A stretch of DNA of 32,000 nt. Source: Candidatus Saccharimonadota bacterium (GTDB lineage Bacteria; Bacteroidota; Bacteroidia; Flavobacteriales; Blattabacteriaceae). The notes beneath the pieces are model-generated. The model saw nothing but the letters and a program-made list of their open reading frames with translations, was not told where the DNA came from and did no database searches. The position numbers and the translations under genes are program-made. Each line of letters opens with the position of its first letter. Positions within the stretch are counted from its first letter, which is position 1. Below, in pieces: positions 20,384 through 29,550 of the stretch. The DNA lies in contig NZ_CP059199.1 in NCBI RefSeq assembly GCF_014251775.1, forward strand, positions 360,001-392,000. The letters run 5' to 3'.

Positions 20384-20457
20384 ACTAAAAATTTCTCCAT
20401 TTCTTTATTTTCTTTATTTTTAAAGAATTATTATACTAAAATAATAAAAATTTATCT

Positions 20458-20787
20458 CTATACATTATATAATATATCATTCCAAATACCTTCTATATTA
20501 TAATACGAACGAAATTCTTTTTGAAAGATATGAATTACAATATTAATATAATCCACTAATATCCAATTTTTATTTTTTAATCCTTCTATATGTCTAGGCA
20601 TTTGTTTAAATTCATTTTTAATAATTTTTTCTATTGATTGAAATATGGCATAAACTTGATTTCTGGATTTACCATCGCAAATAACAAAATAATCATATAT
20701 AAGATTTTCTTTTTTTTTAAAATTTAGTATAGATATATTTTCTCCTTTAACTTCTTGAATTCCCTTTATAATTTTTTTTAAAAACAA
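20458..20787 (-). CDS. rsfS: Ribosome silencing factor RsfS (iojap family)
   Basis: 109 aa with DYFVICDGKSRNQVYAI...IEG.....WILVDY.NIVIHIFQKE.R.YYNIE..W. Confidence 0.85.
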   Translation of the reverse strand: MFLKKIIKGIQEVKGENISILNFKKKENLIYDYFVICDGKSRNQVYAIFQSIEKIIKNEFKQMPRHIEGLKNKNWILVDYINIVIHIFQKEFRSYYNIEGIWNDILYNV

Positions 20788-20806
20788 AATGAATATTTTA
20801 AAATTT

Positions 20807-20814
20807 TAAATTTG
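20807..20814 (+). promoter_or_regulatory. Candidate Bacteroidota-type -7 promoter box (TAnnTTTG) for birA
   Basis: TAAATTTG lies 18 bp upstream of the birA TTG start. The motif class is known from Bacteroides and Flavobacterium promoters. Chance occurrence in AT-rich DNA is not negligible. Confidence 0.3.
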
Positions 20815-20822
20815 ATAAAAAA

Positions 20823-20830
20823 CAAAAATA
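20823..20830 (-). promoter_or_regulatory. Candidate Bacteroidota-type -7 promoter box (TAnnTTTG) for rsfS-ftsH
   Basis: The plus strand reads CAAAAATA, which is TATTTTTG on the minus strand, 36-43 bp upstream of the rsfS ATG. Confidence 0.3.
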
Positions 20831-20831
20831 A

Positions 20832-21593
20832 TTGAAAAATTTTATTTGGCCTATAAAAATAATTTATTTAAAAGAAGTAGATTCAACTAATAAATTTGCA
20901 AAATTATATATTAAACAAAAATTATATTCAACTATTCTCAATGAATGGATTGTTATTTTTTCTAGAAAACAATTCAAAGGCCTTGGGAAAAAAGGTTTTT
21001 GGTTATCAGAATGTAATAAAAATATAACATTTAGTATTATATTCAATCCTAAAAACATTTTAATCAAAAATATATTTTTAATAAATATTATTATTAGTAA
21101 TGCCATTCATAAAATATTATATGCAGAAATTAATTATCCTATTTGGATTAAATGGCCAAATGATATAATAATTAAAAATAAAAAAATAGGTGGAATACTA
21201 ATAGAAAACTATATTAGATCCAATACAATAAAATTTTCTATTATTGGAATAGGAATAAACGTTAAACAAAAGATTTTTAATGAAAAATGGAACGCTACTT
21301 CATTAGAAAAAATATTTAATGTAAAATTTGATATAGATTACTTAATTTTTAAGTTAGTCTTTTTTATTCAAAAAGAATATCTTATTTTTTTAAAATTCGG
21401 AACAAAAATAATAAAAAAATATTATATTGATAATTTGTATATGAAAAATATAACAAATAATTTTTTTTATCCTAAAAAAAAATTATTTGTTTTTGGAACT
21501 ATTCAATCAATAACAGATAAAGGATTTTTATTGATTGAAATAAATAACAAATTACATTCATTTTGGCAAGAAGATATAATATTAACTAATTAA
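20832..21593 (+). CDS. birA: Biotin-[acetyl-CoA-carboxylase] ligase, group I (no DNA-binding domain), divergent
   Basis: 253 aa with LKEVDSTN, KGLGKKGFWLSE (a degenerate GRGRxGRxW loop), IKWPNDI and IGGILIEN. There is no in-frame ATG until about codon 205, so the start must be TTG at 20832 or another non-ATG codon. Confidence 0.75.
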   Translation: MKNFIWPIKIIYLKEVDSTNKFAKLYIKQKLYSTILNEWIVIFSRKQFKGLGKKGFWLSECNKNITFSIIFNPKNILIKNIFLINIIISNAIHKILYAEINYPIWIKWPNDIIIKNKKIGGILIENYIRSNTIKFSIIGIGINVKQKIFNEKWNATSLEKIFNVKFDIDYLIFKLVFFIQKEYLIFLKFGTKIIKKYYIDNLYMKNITNNFFYPKKKLFVFGTIQSITDKGFLLIEINNKLHSFWQEDIILTN

Positions 21594-21612
21594 TTTAGTT
21601 AGTTTATTATAA

Positions 21613-23322
21613 CTATTTTATAGTTCTTATTCTTAAAAGAATTTTTTCTTCATTTAAAAGAAATTTTTTTATAATTATAAAAAATATAATATTAATTAAA
21701 TTAGATGTAAAATAGTACAAGGATAAAGCAGATGCATAACTATTAATAAATAATAACATAATAAAAGGCATTAAATATAACATAATATCAATATTAGAAA
21801 ATATTGAATCTTCATTATTATTATAAATTCCTTTTTCACTATTACTACTTATTTTGGTATAAACTAATAATGCAATAGAATATAGCAATGTTAATAAACT
21901 AACATGATTTCCATAAAAAGGAATAGAAAAAGGTAATTCTAAAATAGAATCATATGATGTCAAATCATCTACCCATAAGAATGATTCCCCTCTTAAATTA
22001 ATTAATGTAGGAAAAAATTTAAATAATGAATAAAAAATTGGAATTTGAAATAATGCAGATAAACAACCTGACATGGGGTTTATTCCAACTTTTTTGTATA
22101 ATTCCATAATAGCTTGTTGTTTTCTTATGACATCTTTATCTTTAAATTGATTATTTAATTTTTCTATATCTGGACGAATTAATTTCATAATTGCATTTAA
22201 CTTATATTGTTTATAAGTAATTGGATATAATAGTAATTTTACTACCATAGTCATTAAAATTACAATGATTCCATAACTAAAATTACTCTTTTCTAAAAAT
22301 TGAAAAATTGTTAAAAAAAAATATTTATTAATATATTTTAATATCCCCCATCCAAATGGAATAATATCTTCAAAATTATTTTCATATTTTTTTAAAATAT
22401 TAAAATTTAATGGACCAAAATAAAAATGAAAATAAAAATTAGATTCTTTATTTTTTTTTTTATTTAAAGGAGTACTTATATAAATTTTTTTTAAAATTTT
22501 TCCATCAAAATAATTTTTAGAATAAATAAATACATCTTTTAATATTTTATCTGAATAAATTATAGTGGAAAAAAACTGTTGTTTAGCGGCTATCCAATTT
22601 ATATTGGAAATATTCTTTTCTACTATATTTTTTTCAGATAAATTTTTAACAAAATTATTATCATCTTTATAAGAAGACAAATAATATAATTTGGTATAAG
22701 AATTTTCCCAATTTCTATCTTTTTCTACAGAAAATAAATATTGTTGAAAATCTAAACTTGATAAATTATATGGAATATTATTCATTTTAATAGAAAAATC
22801 TACGCTATAATATCTACCTTTTTTTATTTTATATACATAATATAAATTTCCTTTTTTTATATTAGGAAATATGGCTTTCATAACTAAAATAATATAATCA
22901 TCATTTTCTTTTCTAATAAAAGGTTTAAAAAATATTTTTTCTGTACTTAAAGTATTCTTACTATTTCTTGAATTAGAAAAAAATATTCTATGTAAAAAAC
23001 TATTTTTTTTTACTAAAAAAAGATTTTTTACATGAGAATTAGCTACTTTATCATAAGATTTATATTTTTTAAGAAATACCTTATCTATTATTCCACCAAT
23101 ATTTGAAATTCTTAATTTTAAAACATCATTTTCTAGATTAGAATATCTCTCTTTTATATTTCTTTTTCTAATTAAAAAATTAGCTTTCTGATTAAAAAAT
23201 TCATTTTCTTTTTTCTCTATAAAATTATTTTTATTCAAAAAAAATGTAAATACTATTAAAACAATAAGAATAAGAAAAAAACCTATTATAGAACTATAAT
23301 CTAAATTTCTATTGTTATTCAT
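21613..23322 (-). CDS. yidC: Membrane protein insertase YidC
   Basis: 569 aa with an N-terminal TM, a large periplasmic-type domain, and a C-terminal 60-kDa insertase core (PITYKQYKLNAIMKLIRPDIEKL...GINPMSGCL..L.QIPIF). Confidence 0.9.
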   Translation of the reverse strand: MNNNRNLDYSSIIGFFLILIVLIVFTFFLNKNNFIEKKENEFFNQKANFLIRKRNIKERYSNLENDVLKLRISNIGGIIDKVFLKKYKSYDKVANSHVKNLFLVKKNSFLHRIFFSNSRNSKNTLSTEKIFFKPFIRKENDDYIILVMKAIFPNIKKGNLYYVYKIKKGRYYSVDFSIKMNNIPYNLSSLDFQQYLFSVEKDRNWENSYTKLYYLSSYKDDNNFVKNLSEKNIVEKNISNINWIAAKQQFFSTIIYSDKILKDVFIYSKNYFDGKILKKIYISTPLNKKKNKESNFYFHFYFGPLNFNILKKYENNFEDIIPFGWGILKYINKYFFLTIFQFLEKSNFSYGIIVILMTMVVKLLLYPITYKQYKLNAIMKLIRPDIEKLNNQFKDKDVIRKQQAIMELYKKVGINPMSGCLSALFQIPIFYSLFKFFPTLINLRGESFLWVDDLTSYDSILELPFSIPFYGNHVSLLTLLYSIALLVYTKISSNSEKGIYNNNEDSIFSNIDIMLYLMPFIMLLFINSYASALSLYYFTSNLINIIFFIIIKKFLLNEEKILLRIRTIK

Positions 23323-23343
23323 AATAATAGAGAGAAATAATTC

Positions 23344-24981
23344 TTAAATATCATAAGATTTATATTTTTTAGAAAATAATACAAAAGAAATAAATAATGG
23401 ATGGGGATTAATTACTGTACTTTTATATTCTGGATGATATTGCACCCCTATAAAAAATATATGATTTTTTAATTCTAAAGCTTCTACTAAATTAGTTTCT
23501 GGATTTATTCCTACTATTTTCATTCCTGCTCTAGAAAAAATATCTATATATTTATTATTAAATTCATATCTATGTCTATGTCTTTCAACAATATATTTCT
23601 TTTTATAAATAGAAAATAATTTAGAATCTTTTACTAGACTACATTTCCAATCTCCTAATCTCATTGTTCCACCTTTATATAAAATATTTTTTTGTTTATT
23701 CATTAAATCAATAACTGGATTAGGGGTTAAAGGATTTACTTCAGAACTATCAGCATCTTTTATTCCTAAAACATTTCTGGCAAATTCTATTACAGAAATT
23801 TGCATTCCTAGACAAATTCCAAGAAATGGTATTTTATTTTCTCTAGCATATTTTACAGCTAATATTTTTCCTTTTACTCCTCTTTTTCCAAAACCTGGAG
23901 CTATCAAAATTCCAGAAATATTTTTAAAAATTTTTTGAATATTTTCTTCTTTTATAATATTTTCAGAATAAATCCATTTTATTTGAACGTAAATATCATT
24001 TATTGTTCCTGCGTGAATTAATGATTCTCTTATGGATTTATAAGAATCATGTAAAGTAACATATTTTCCAACTAATGCTATTTTTACTTTATATTTTGGA
24101 TTTTTATATTTTTTTATGAAAGATTTCCAATGTTCTAAATAAAAGTTTTTAGTTTTAGTTTTTATTGATTTTAAATTTAAAAAATTTAATACCATTTGAT
24201 CAAAATTTTGCATATGCAATAAATAAGGAATTTCATATATAATTTTTGTATCAATTGATTCAATTACATTTACAGATTGTACATTACAAAATAATGCTAT
24301 TTTTTTCTTAATATAATTAGATATATGACTACTAGTTCTACAAACAATTATATCTACTTGAATACCATTTTCCATTAAATTTCTTACCGAATGTTGAGTA
24401 GGCTTAGTTTTTATTTCTCCAGTAGCTGAAATAAATGGTAATAATGTTAAATGAATCATTAATCCATTAAATTTTTTTAATTCCCATTTTAATTGACGTA
24501 CTGCTTCAATATAGGGTAAAACTTCTATATCCCCTATTGTTCCCCCTATTTCTACTATAATTATATCATAACCAAATTTTCCAATTTTTTTTATATGTTT
24601 TTTTATTTCATCAGTTATATGAGGGATAACTTGAACAGTTTTTCCTAAATAAATTCCTTTTCTTTCATTATCTATAACAGTTTTATAAATGAATCCTGAT
24701 GTAATATTATTTTCTTTGGTGGTAGTTTGATTTAAAAATCTTTCATAATGACCTAAATCCATATCTGTTTCCAATCCATCTTTAGTTACAAAACATTCTC
24801 CATGCTCATATGGATTTAAAGTTCCCGAATCTATGTTTAAATAAGGATCTAATTTTAATAAAAAAATTTTATATCCTCTAGACTTCAATAACATTCCTAA
24901 TGAAGCAGTTACTACTCCTTTTCCCAAGGACGAAGTTACTCCACCAGTAACAAAAACATATTTCGTTTTTACTATAGACAT
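23344..24981 (-). CDS. pyrG: CTP synthase
   Basis: 545 aa, KYVFVTGGV.SSLGKG, the GATase domain GICLGMQ and YHPEY. Confidence 0.96.
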   Translation of the reverse strand: MSIVKTKYVFVTGGVTSSLGKGVVTASLGMLLKSRGYKIFLLKLDPYLNIDSGTLNPYEHGECFVTKDGLETDMDLGHYERFLNQTTTKENNITSGFIYKTVIDNERKGIYLGKTVQVIPHITDEIKKHIKKIGKFGYDIIIVEIGGTIGDIEVLPYIEAVRQLKWELKKFNGLMIHLTLLPFISATGEIKTKPTQHSVRNLMENGIQVDIIVCRTSSHISNYIKKKIALFCNVQSVNVIESIDTKIIYEIPYLLHMQNFDQMVLNFLNLKSIKTKTKNFYLEHWKSFIKKYKNPKYKVKIALVGKYVTLHDSYKSIRESLIHAGTINDIYVQIKWIYSENIIKEENIQKIFKNISGILIAPGFGKRGVKGKILAVKYARENKIPFLGICLGMQISVIEFARNVLGIKDADSSEVNPLTPNPVIDLMNKQKNILYKGGTMRLGDWKCSLVKDSKLFSIYKKKYIVERHRHRYEFNNKYIDIFSRAGMKIVGINPETNLVEALELKNHIFFIGVQYHPEYKSTVINPHPLFISFVLFSKKYKSYDI

Positions 24982-25045
24982 ATAATTAAAATATGAATAA
25001 CATAATTTTTTATATAAATTCGCAAAGAATTTAATGATTTTTTTT

Positions 25046-25053
25046 TATATTTG
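25046..25053 (+). promoter_or_regulatory. Candidate -7 promoter box (TAnnTTTG) for the SRP RNA gene
   Basis: TATATTTG ends 7 nt before the first base of the predicted SRP RNA closing helix (CGGG at 25061). Confidence 0.4.
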
Positions 25054-25060
25054 CCAAGTT

Positions 25061-25164
25061 CGGGTAAGTTCTATACAATCTGCTCCTTAATTTAAATCCC
25101 TAGGATGGGAACATAGCAAGGACAAAATGTAGTAGTAGCGATGTGATATAGTAAAGCTTGCCCG
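25061..25164 (+). ncRNA. ffs: Signal recognition particle RNA (small bacterial 4.5S type); ends uncertain by about 5 nt
   Basis: This is the only GC-enriched non-coding island in the window. The centre reads CCU-AGG-AUG-GGAA-CAU-AGCA-AGG. That is a GGAA tetraloop on a 3-bp stem, flanked by the conserved AGG/AGCA symmetric-loop residues and a CCU/AGG stem, like E. coli 4.5S ...AGG UCC GGAA GGA AGCA.... The termini pair (5' CGGGUAAGUU + CUAUA with 3' UAUAG + AGCUUGCCCG), giving one long hairpin. Confidence 0.75.
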
Positions 25165-25172
25165 TTTTTTTT
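25151..25172 (+). terminator. Putative intrinsic terminator: 3' arm of the SRP RNA closing helix followed by a T8 tract
   Basis: GTAAAGCTTGCCCG pairs back to 25061-25070 and is followed immediately by TTTTTTTT (25165-25172). Confidence 0.35.
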
Positions 25173-25191
25173 ATTCCTTATATATTTTCTT

Positions 25192-26385
25192 ATGGAAGAT
25201 TTACTAAAATGCACTTTTTGTGGAAAAAAAAAAGAAGATTTAATTATTTTAATATCAGGTATTGATGCACATATTTGCAATTTTTGTGTAGAAAAAAGTT
25301 ATTCTATTATTCACAATAATATGAGGTCTATTAAAGACAAATCTACTTTAAAAAAAATGAAAAATCCTAAAAAAATAAAATACTTCTTAGATCAAAATAT
25401 TATGGGGCAAGAAAGAGCAAAAAAAATTATTTCTGTTTCTGTATATGATCATTATAAAAAAATTAATTTTATTAATGAGTCCAATAAAGATGATTTGATT
25501 TTAGAAAAATCTAATATATTATTAATTGGAGATACAGGAACTGGAAAAACTTTATTTGCAAAAAGTATTGCAACATTATTAAATGTTCCTTTTGCAATAG
25601 CTGATGCTACTGCTTTAACTGAAGCTGGTTATGTAGGTGAAGATGTAGAGTCTATTTTAACTAGATTATTACAATCTGCAAATTATGATGTAAATTCAAC
25701 AGAAAATGGAGTTGTTTTTATAGATGAAATAGATAAAATAGCTAGAAAAAATGATAATCCATCTATAACCAGAGATGTATCTGGAGAAGGAGTACAACAA
25801 GCTTTATTAAAAATATTAGAGGGGACTATTGTATTTGTACCGCCTCAAGGTGGTAGAAAACATCCAGAACAAAAAATGATACCAATAAATACTGATAATA
25901 TATTATTTATAGCTGGTGGGACTTTTAATGGAATTAAGACTATTATTCGAAATAGAATTAATCAAAATACAATAGGTTTTTTAAAAAAAGAAAAAATTAA
26001 AAAAAATGAAAATATTATAGATAATATTTCTCCATTAGATCTAATAAAATTCGGATTAATTCCTGAATTAATAGGAAGATTTTCTATTATAACTCATTTA
26101 AATCCTTTGGATAAAAATATATTAAAAAAAATTTTGATTAATCCTAAAAATTCTTTATTGAAACAATATAAACAATTATTCTATCTAGATAAAATAAAAT
26201 TAGATATAACAAATGAAGCAATAGATATTATCGTAGAAAAAACTTTTAAACTAGGATTAGGAGCTAGAGGTTTACGTGTTTTTTTAGAAAAAATATTATT
26301 AGATTATAGATTTAATATAGAAGATACTCAAAATAATTTAAATATTACCAAAGATATAGTTATTAATAAGCTTTCTTCTTTTTAA
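25192..26385 (+). CDS. clpX: ATP-dependent Clp protease ATP-binding subunit ClpX
   Basis: 397 aa with an N-terminal zinc ribbon C.FCGKK...H.C.FC, Walker A GDTGTGKT, Walker [10 protein letters not shown] and an IGF loop (NTIGF). Confidence 0.95.
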   Translation: MEDLLKCTFCGKKKEDLIILISGIDAHICNFCVEKSYSIIHNNMRSIKDKSTLKKMKNPKKIKYFLDQNIMGQERAKKIISVSVYDHYKKINFINESNKDDLILEKSNILLIGDTGTGKTLFAKSIATLLNVPFAIADATALTEAGYVGEDVESILTRLLQSANYDVNSTENGVVFIDEIDKIARKNDNPSITRDVSGEGVQQALLKILEGTIVFVPPQGGRKHPEQKMIPINTDNILFIAGGTFNGIKTIIRNRINQNTIGFLKKEKIKKNENIIDNISPLDLIKFGLIPELIGRFSIITHLNPLDKNILKKILINPKNSLLKQYKQLFYLDKIKLDITNEAIDIIVEKTFKLGLGARGLRVFLEKILLDYRFNIEDTQNNLNITKDIVINKLSSF

Positions 26386-27367
26386 TTAAATTATATAATT
26401 TATCTATTAATTCTTTTATTCCTTCTTTTTTCAAAGAAGAAATAAAAATGATATCTTCATTTAATTTTGAAAATTTGTATGAAATATCTTTCTTTAGATT
26501 ATCATTATCAATTAAATCTGATTTAGATATAGCTAATAAACGTTGCTTTTTTAATAAATTAGAGTTAAAATTGCCTAATTCATTTAATAACATTAAATAT
26601 TGTTCTTTCTCATTTCTTTTTTCAGGAGAAATCAAAAATAATAAAACCGAATTCCTTTCTATATGTCTTAAAAAATTTATTCCTAAACCTCTACCTTTAG
26701 AAGAATTTTTTATAATTCCTGGAATATCTGCTATTGTAAAATTATCAAAATTCTTTTTAATCACTCCTAAAATAGGTCTTATATTAGTAAAAGAATAAGC
26801 ACCTATTTTTGGTTTTGCATTTGTTATTACAGAAAGTAGGCTAGATTTTCCTACATTAGGAAGACCTATAATTCCTATATCAGCTAATATTTTTAACTCT
26901 AAAGTTATCCATTTTCCTTTTGTTTTTATTCCATTTTTAATTGAAGAACAGGCATGATTTTTTTTTTTATAAGAAAAAAAATTTATACCCTTTCCTCCTT
27001 GTCCACCTTTAAATAGCATTTTTTTAGTAGAAGATTTAATAAATTCGACAATTTTATTATTACTGGAATCTTTTACAATAGTACCTAATGGGACTTCTAT
27101 TAAAAGATTTTTACCATTTGAACCATTTTTATTATTTTTTCCACCTGGTTTTCCCGATTGAGCAATCCAATGTTTATGATATCTTAAATGAAAAAAATTA
27201 TTAATATTAGAATTTCCTTTTATAAATATATGTCCCCCGTTACCACCTGATCCTCTAGATGATTTTTTCTTCATAAAAAATTTATTTTTATAAAAACTTA
27301 CATATCCAGAACCACCATCTCCACTTTTGCAAAAAATTTTTATAAAATCTATAAAATCATTTTTCAT
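26363..27367 (-). CDS. obg: GTPase Obg/CgtA
   Basis: 334 aa with an N-terminal glycine-rich Obg fold (GDGGSG...GGNGG...GGQGGKG) and G-domain motifs GLPNVGKSS and DIPGII. Confidence 0.92.
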   Translation of the reverse strand: MKNDFIDFIKIFCKSGDGGSGYVSFYKNKFFMKKKSSRGSGGNGGHIFIKGNSNINNFFHLRYHKHWIAQSGKPGGKNNKNGSNGKNLLIEVPLGTIVKDSSNNKIVEFIKSSTKKMLFKGGQGGKGINFFSYKKKNHACSSIKNGIKTKGKWITLELKILADIGIIGLPNVGKSSLLSVITNAKPKIGAYSFTNIRPILGVIKKNFDNFTIADIPGIIKNSSKGRGLGINFLRHIERNSVLLFLISPEKRNEKEQYLMLLNELGNFNSNLLKKQRLLAISKSDLIDNDNLKKDISYKFSKLNEDIIFISSLKKEGIKELIDKLYNLIKKKKAY

Positions 27368-27951
27368 GATGTTTTTAATAAATTATTAATATTTTTTTCT
27401 ATTAAAATAGATATTCTATTAATAGAAATAGTAGCATCTATTTTTACTAAAAATTTTTTCCATTTTTTATTTTTCCAAATTAATGAAGTTTCTTTTTCGT
27501 ACTCATTAATTCTTTTTTTCACTATTAAAATATTAGTATCATCAATCCTATTACTTACTTTTCCTCTATTAATTAATCTATCGATAATTATTTTTTTTTT
27601 TATTAAAAATGAAAAAATTATATTTATTCTACCTAAAGATAAAATTTTTAAATTCTTTTCTAAAGAAAAAACTTGCTGAATCGTTCTAGGATAACCATCG
27701 TAAATTATTCCATTTTTTTTAAGATTTTTTTTTAATTCATTATTTAATATATTGGTAGTAATAGTATCAGGAACTAATTTTCCGCTTTTTATATAATAAT
27801 TAACTAAATTTCCTAATTTAGTATTTTTTTTCATATGAGATCTAAATATCATACCAGTAGATAAATGAATAAATCCAAATTTTCTTACTATCATTTTAGC
27901 TTGAGTCCCTTTTCCACATCCAGGTGGTCCAAATAAAACAATATTTATCAT
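27364..27951 (-). CDS. adk: Adenylate kinase
   Basis: 195 aa, NIVLFGPPGCGKGTQA..., HLSTG..FR, GKLVPD, DGYPRT. Confidence 0.92.
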   Translation of the reverse strand: MINIVLFGPPGCGKGTQAKMIVRKFGFIHLSTGMIFRSHMKKNTKLGNLVNYYIKSGKLVPDTITTNILNNELKKNLKKNGIIYDGYPRTIQQVFSLEKNLKILSLGRINIIFSFLIKKKIIIDRLINRGKVSNRIDDTNILIVKKRINEYEKETSLIWKNKKWKKFLVKIDATISINRISILIEKNINNLLKTS

Positions 27952-28008
27952 GATTGATTATTAAAATTTTCAAAATCTAAAAGATTATTTATTGATGAAA
28001 CTATATAA

Positions 28009-29415
28009 TTAAATATAATGAATAGGATTATTTCCATAAATCATAGAAATTGATTCTGAAATTGATTCATTTAATGATGGATGTGGATGAATTGAATTTA
28101 ATATTTCATAAGCAGTAGTTTCTAATTTTCTAGCTATCATTATCTCTGATATAATATTTATTACGTTTTCTCCTATTATATGACATCCTAACAATTCATC
28201 ATATTTAGCATCAAAAATTATTTTGATAAATCCATTTGAATTTGTTCCGGTAATTATTTTACTATTAAGAGAATTAAATGAATATTTAGATATTTTAACT
28301 TTGTAACCATTTTTTATAGATTCTTCTTCAGTATAACCTATGGAGGCAATTTCAGGATATGAAAGAATACATTTTGGAATATTATTATAATCTATTTTTT
28401 GTGGATATAAACCTTTTATGTATTCAATGCAATTAATTGCTTCTCTCATAGCAACACTTGCTAAAGGTGGCGTATTAATTACATCTCCAATAGCATAATA
28501 ACCAGGAATATTAGTTTGATAATTTTCATTTACAACTATATAACCATTATCAGTTTGAATTCCTATATCTTCTAATCCTAAAAATTTTGTATTTGGAATC
28601 ATTTGATCTGAATATATCACCATATCTGATTCTAATTTTATAGGATTATTATTTTCTTTTACTTTAAGAATAACAAATGTTTTATTATTTGTTCTATTTA
28701 TAGAAATAATAGATGAAGATACATATATATTTATTCCAATTTTTTTAAAATAATTATTAAGATAATTAGATATTTCATAATCTCCATTTGAAAAAATTTT
28801 TGGATTTGACTCTACAATAATTATTTTTATTCCCATAAAATGATAAAAACAAGCTAATTCTATTCCAATATAGTCTGAACCTATAATTATTATCTTTTTA
28901 AGATTTTTATTATATAAAGAAAATGCTTCTTTATATGTTATAATTCTTTTTCCATCATATAAATTTTTTTTTAAATTATGAGTTAATCCAGTAGAAATAA
29001 CAATATTTTTAGCATAAAATTCCAAATTTTTATTATTATTTTGTATGACTTCAATAGTTTTTCTATTCTTTAATTTAGCTTTTCCGTATATAACATGTAT
29101 TTTATTCTTTTTTATTAAAGAAAAAATATTATTCTTTATTTTTTTTATTATATTATTACTCTCTAATATTATTTTAGAATAATCAATATTAAAATTATCA
29201 TAATTTATTCCAAATAAATTTGGATTTTTCTTAATTAACTGTAAAATTTTTATTTTATTTAAAATAAATTTGATAGGAACGCATCCATAATTATAAGAAA
29301 TACCTCCAATAAAATTTTTTTCTATTATTGCAGTTTTCAATCCTAGTTGAGATGAACGTATAGATGCTACATAACCTCCTGGACCACTACCTAAAATAAT
29401 TACATCAAAATGCAT
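28009..29415 (-). CDS. lpdA: Dihydrolipoyl dehydrogenase (E3) homolog with substituted catalytic and cofactor motifs
   Basis: 468 aa with the FAD motif GSGPGGY and the C-terminal HPHPSLNE (His-Glu dyad region). The redox-disulfide motif reads GGISYNYGCVPIK instead of GGTCLNVGCIPSK. The NAD motif reads IGSDYIGIE instead of IGGGxIGLE. Confidence 0.8.
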   Translation of the reverse strand: MHFDVIILGSGPGGYVASIRSSQLGLKTAIIEKNFIGGISYNYGCVPIKFILNKIKILQLIKKNPNLFGINYDNFNIDYSKIILESNNIIKKIKNNIFSLIKKNKIHVIYGKAKLKNRKTIEVIQNNNKNLEFYAKNIVISTGLTHNLKKNLYDGKRIITYKEAFSLYNKNLKKIIIIGSDYIGIELACFYHFMGIKIIIVESNPKIFSNGDYEISNYLNNYFKKIGINIYVSSSIISINRTNNKTFVILKVKENNNPIKLESDMVIYSDQMIPNTKFLGLEDIGIQTDNGYIVVNENYQTNIPGYYAIGDVINTPPLASVAMREAINCIEYIKGLYPQKIDYNNIPKCILSYPEIASIGYTEEESIKNGYKVKISKYSFNSLNSKIITGTNSNGFIKIIFDAKYDELLGCHIIGENVINIISEIMIARKLETTAYEILNSIHPHPSLNESISESISMIYGNNPIHYI

Positions 29416-29550
29416 ATGATTATCATATTAAATTATTTTTTTGAAATTAAAAATAAAAGAAAAAATTAAAAATTTTTAATTATATAATAATGAAAAATAT
29501 ATTTTTTTTGTTGAACTTAGTTAAGCAAATGTGAAATAAAAATATTTTAA

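Noticed and set aside
25092-25280. 62-aa minus-strand ORF between pyrG and clpX
   Set aside because: It overlaps the predicted SRP RNA and the clpX start. It has no recognisable motif, and its openness is explained by the locally higher GC of the RNA gene.
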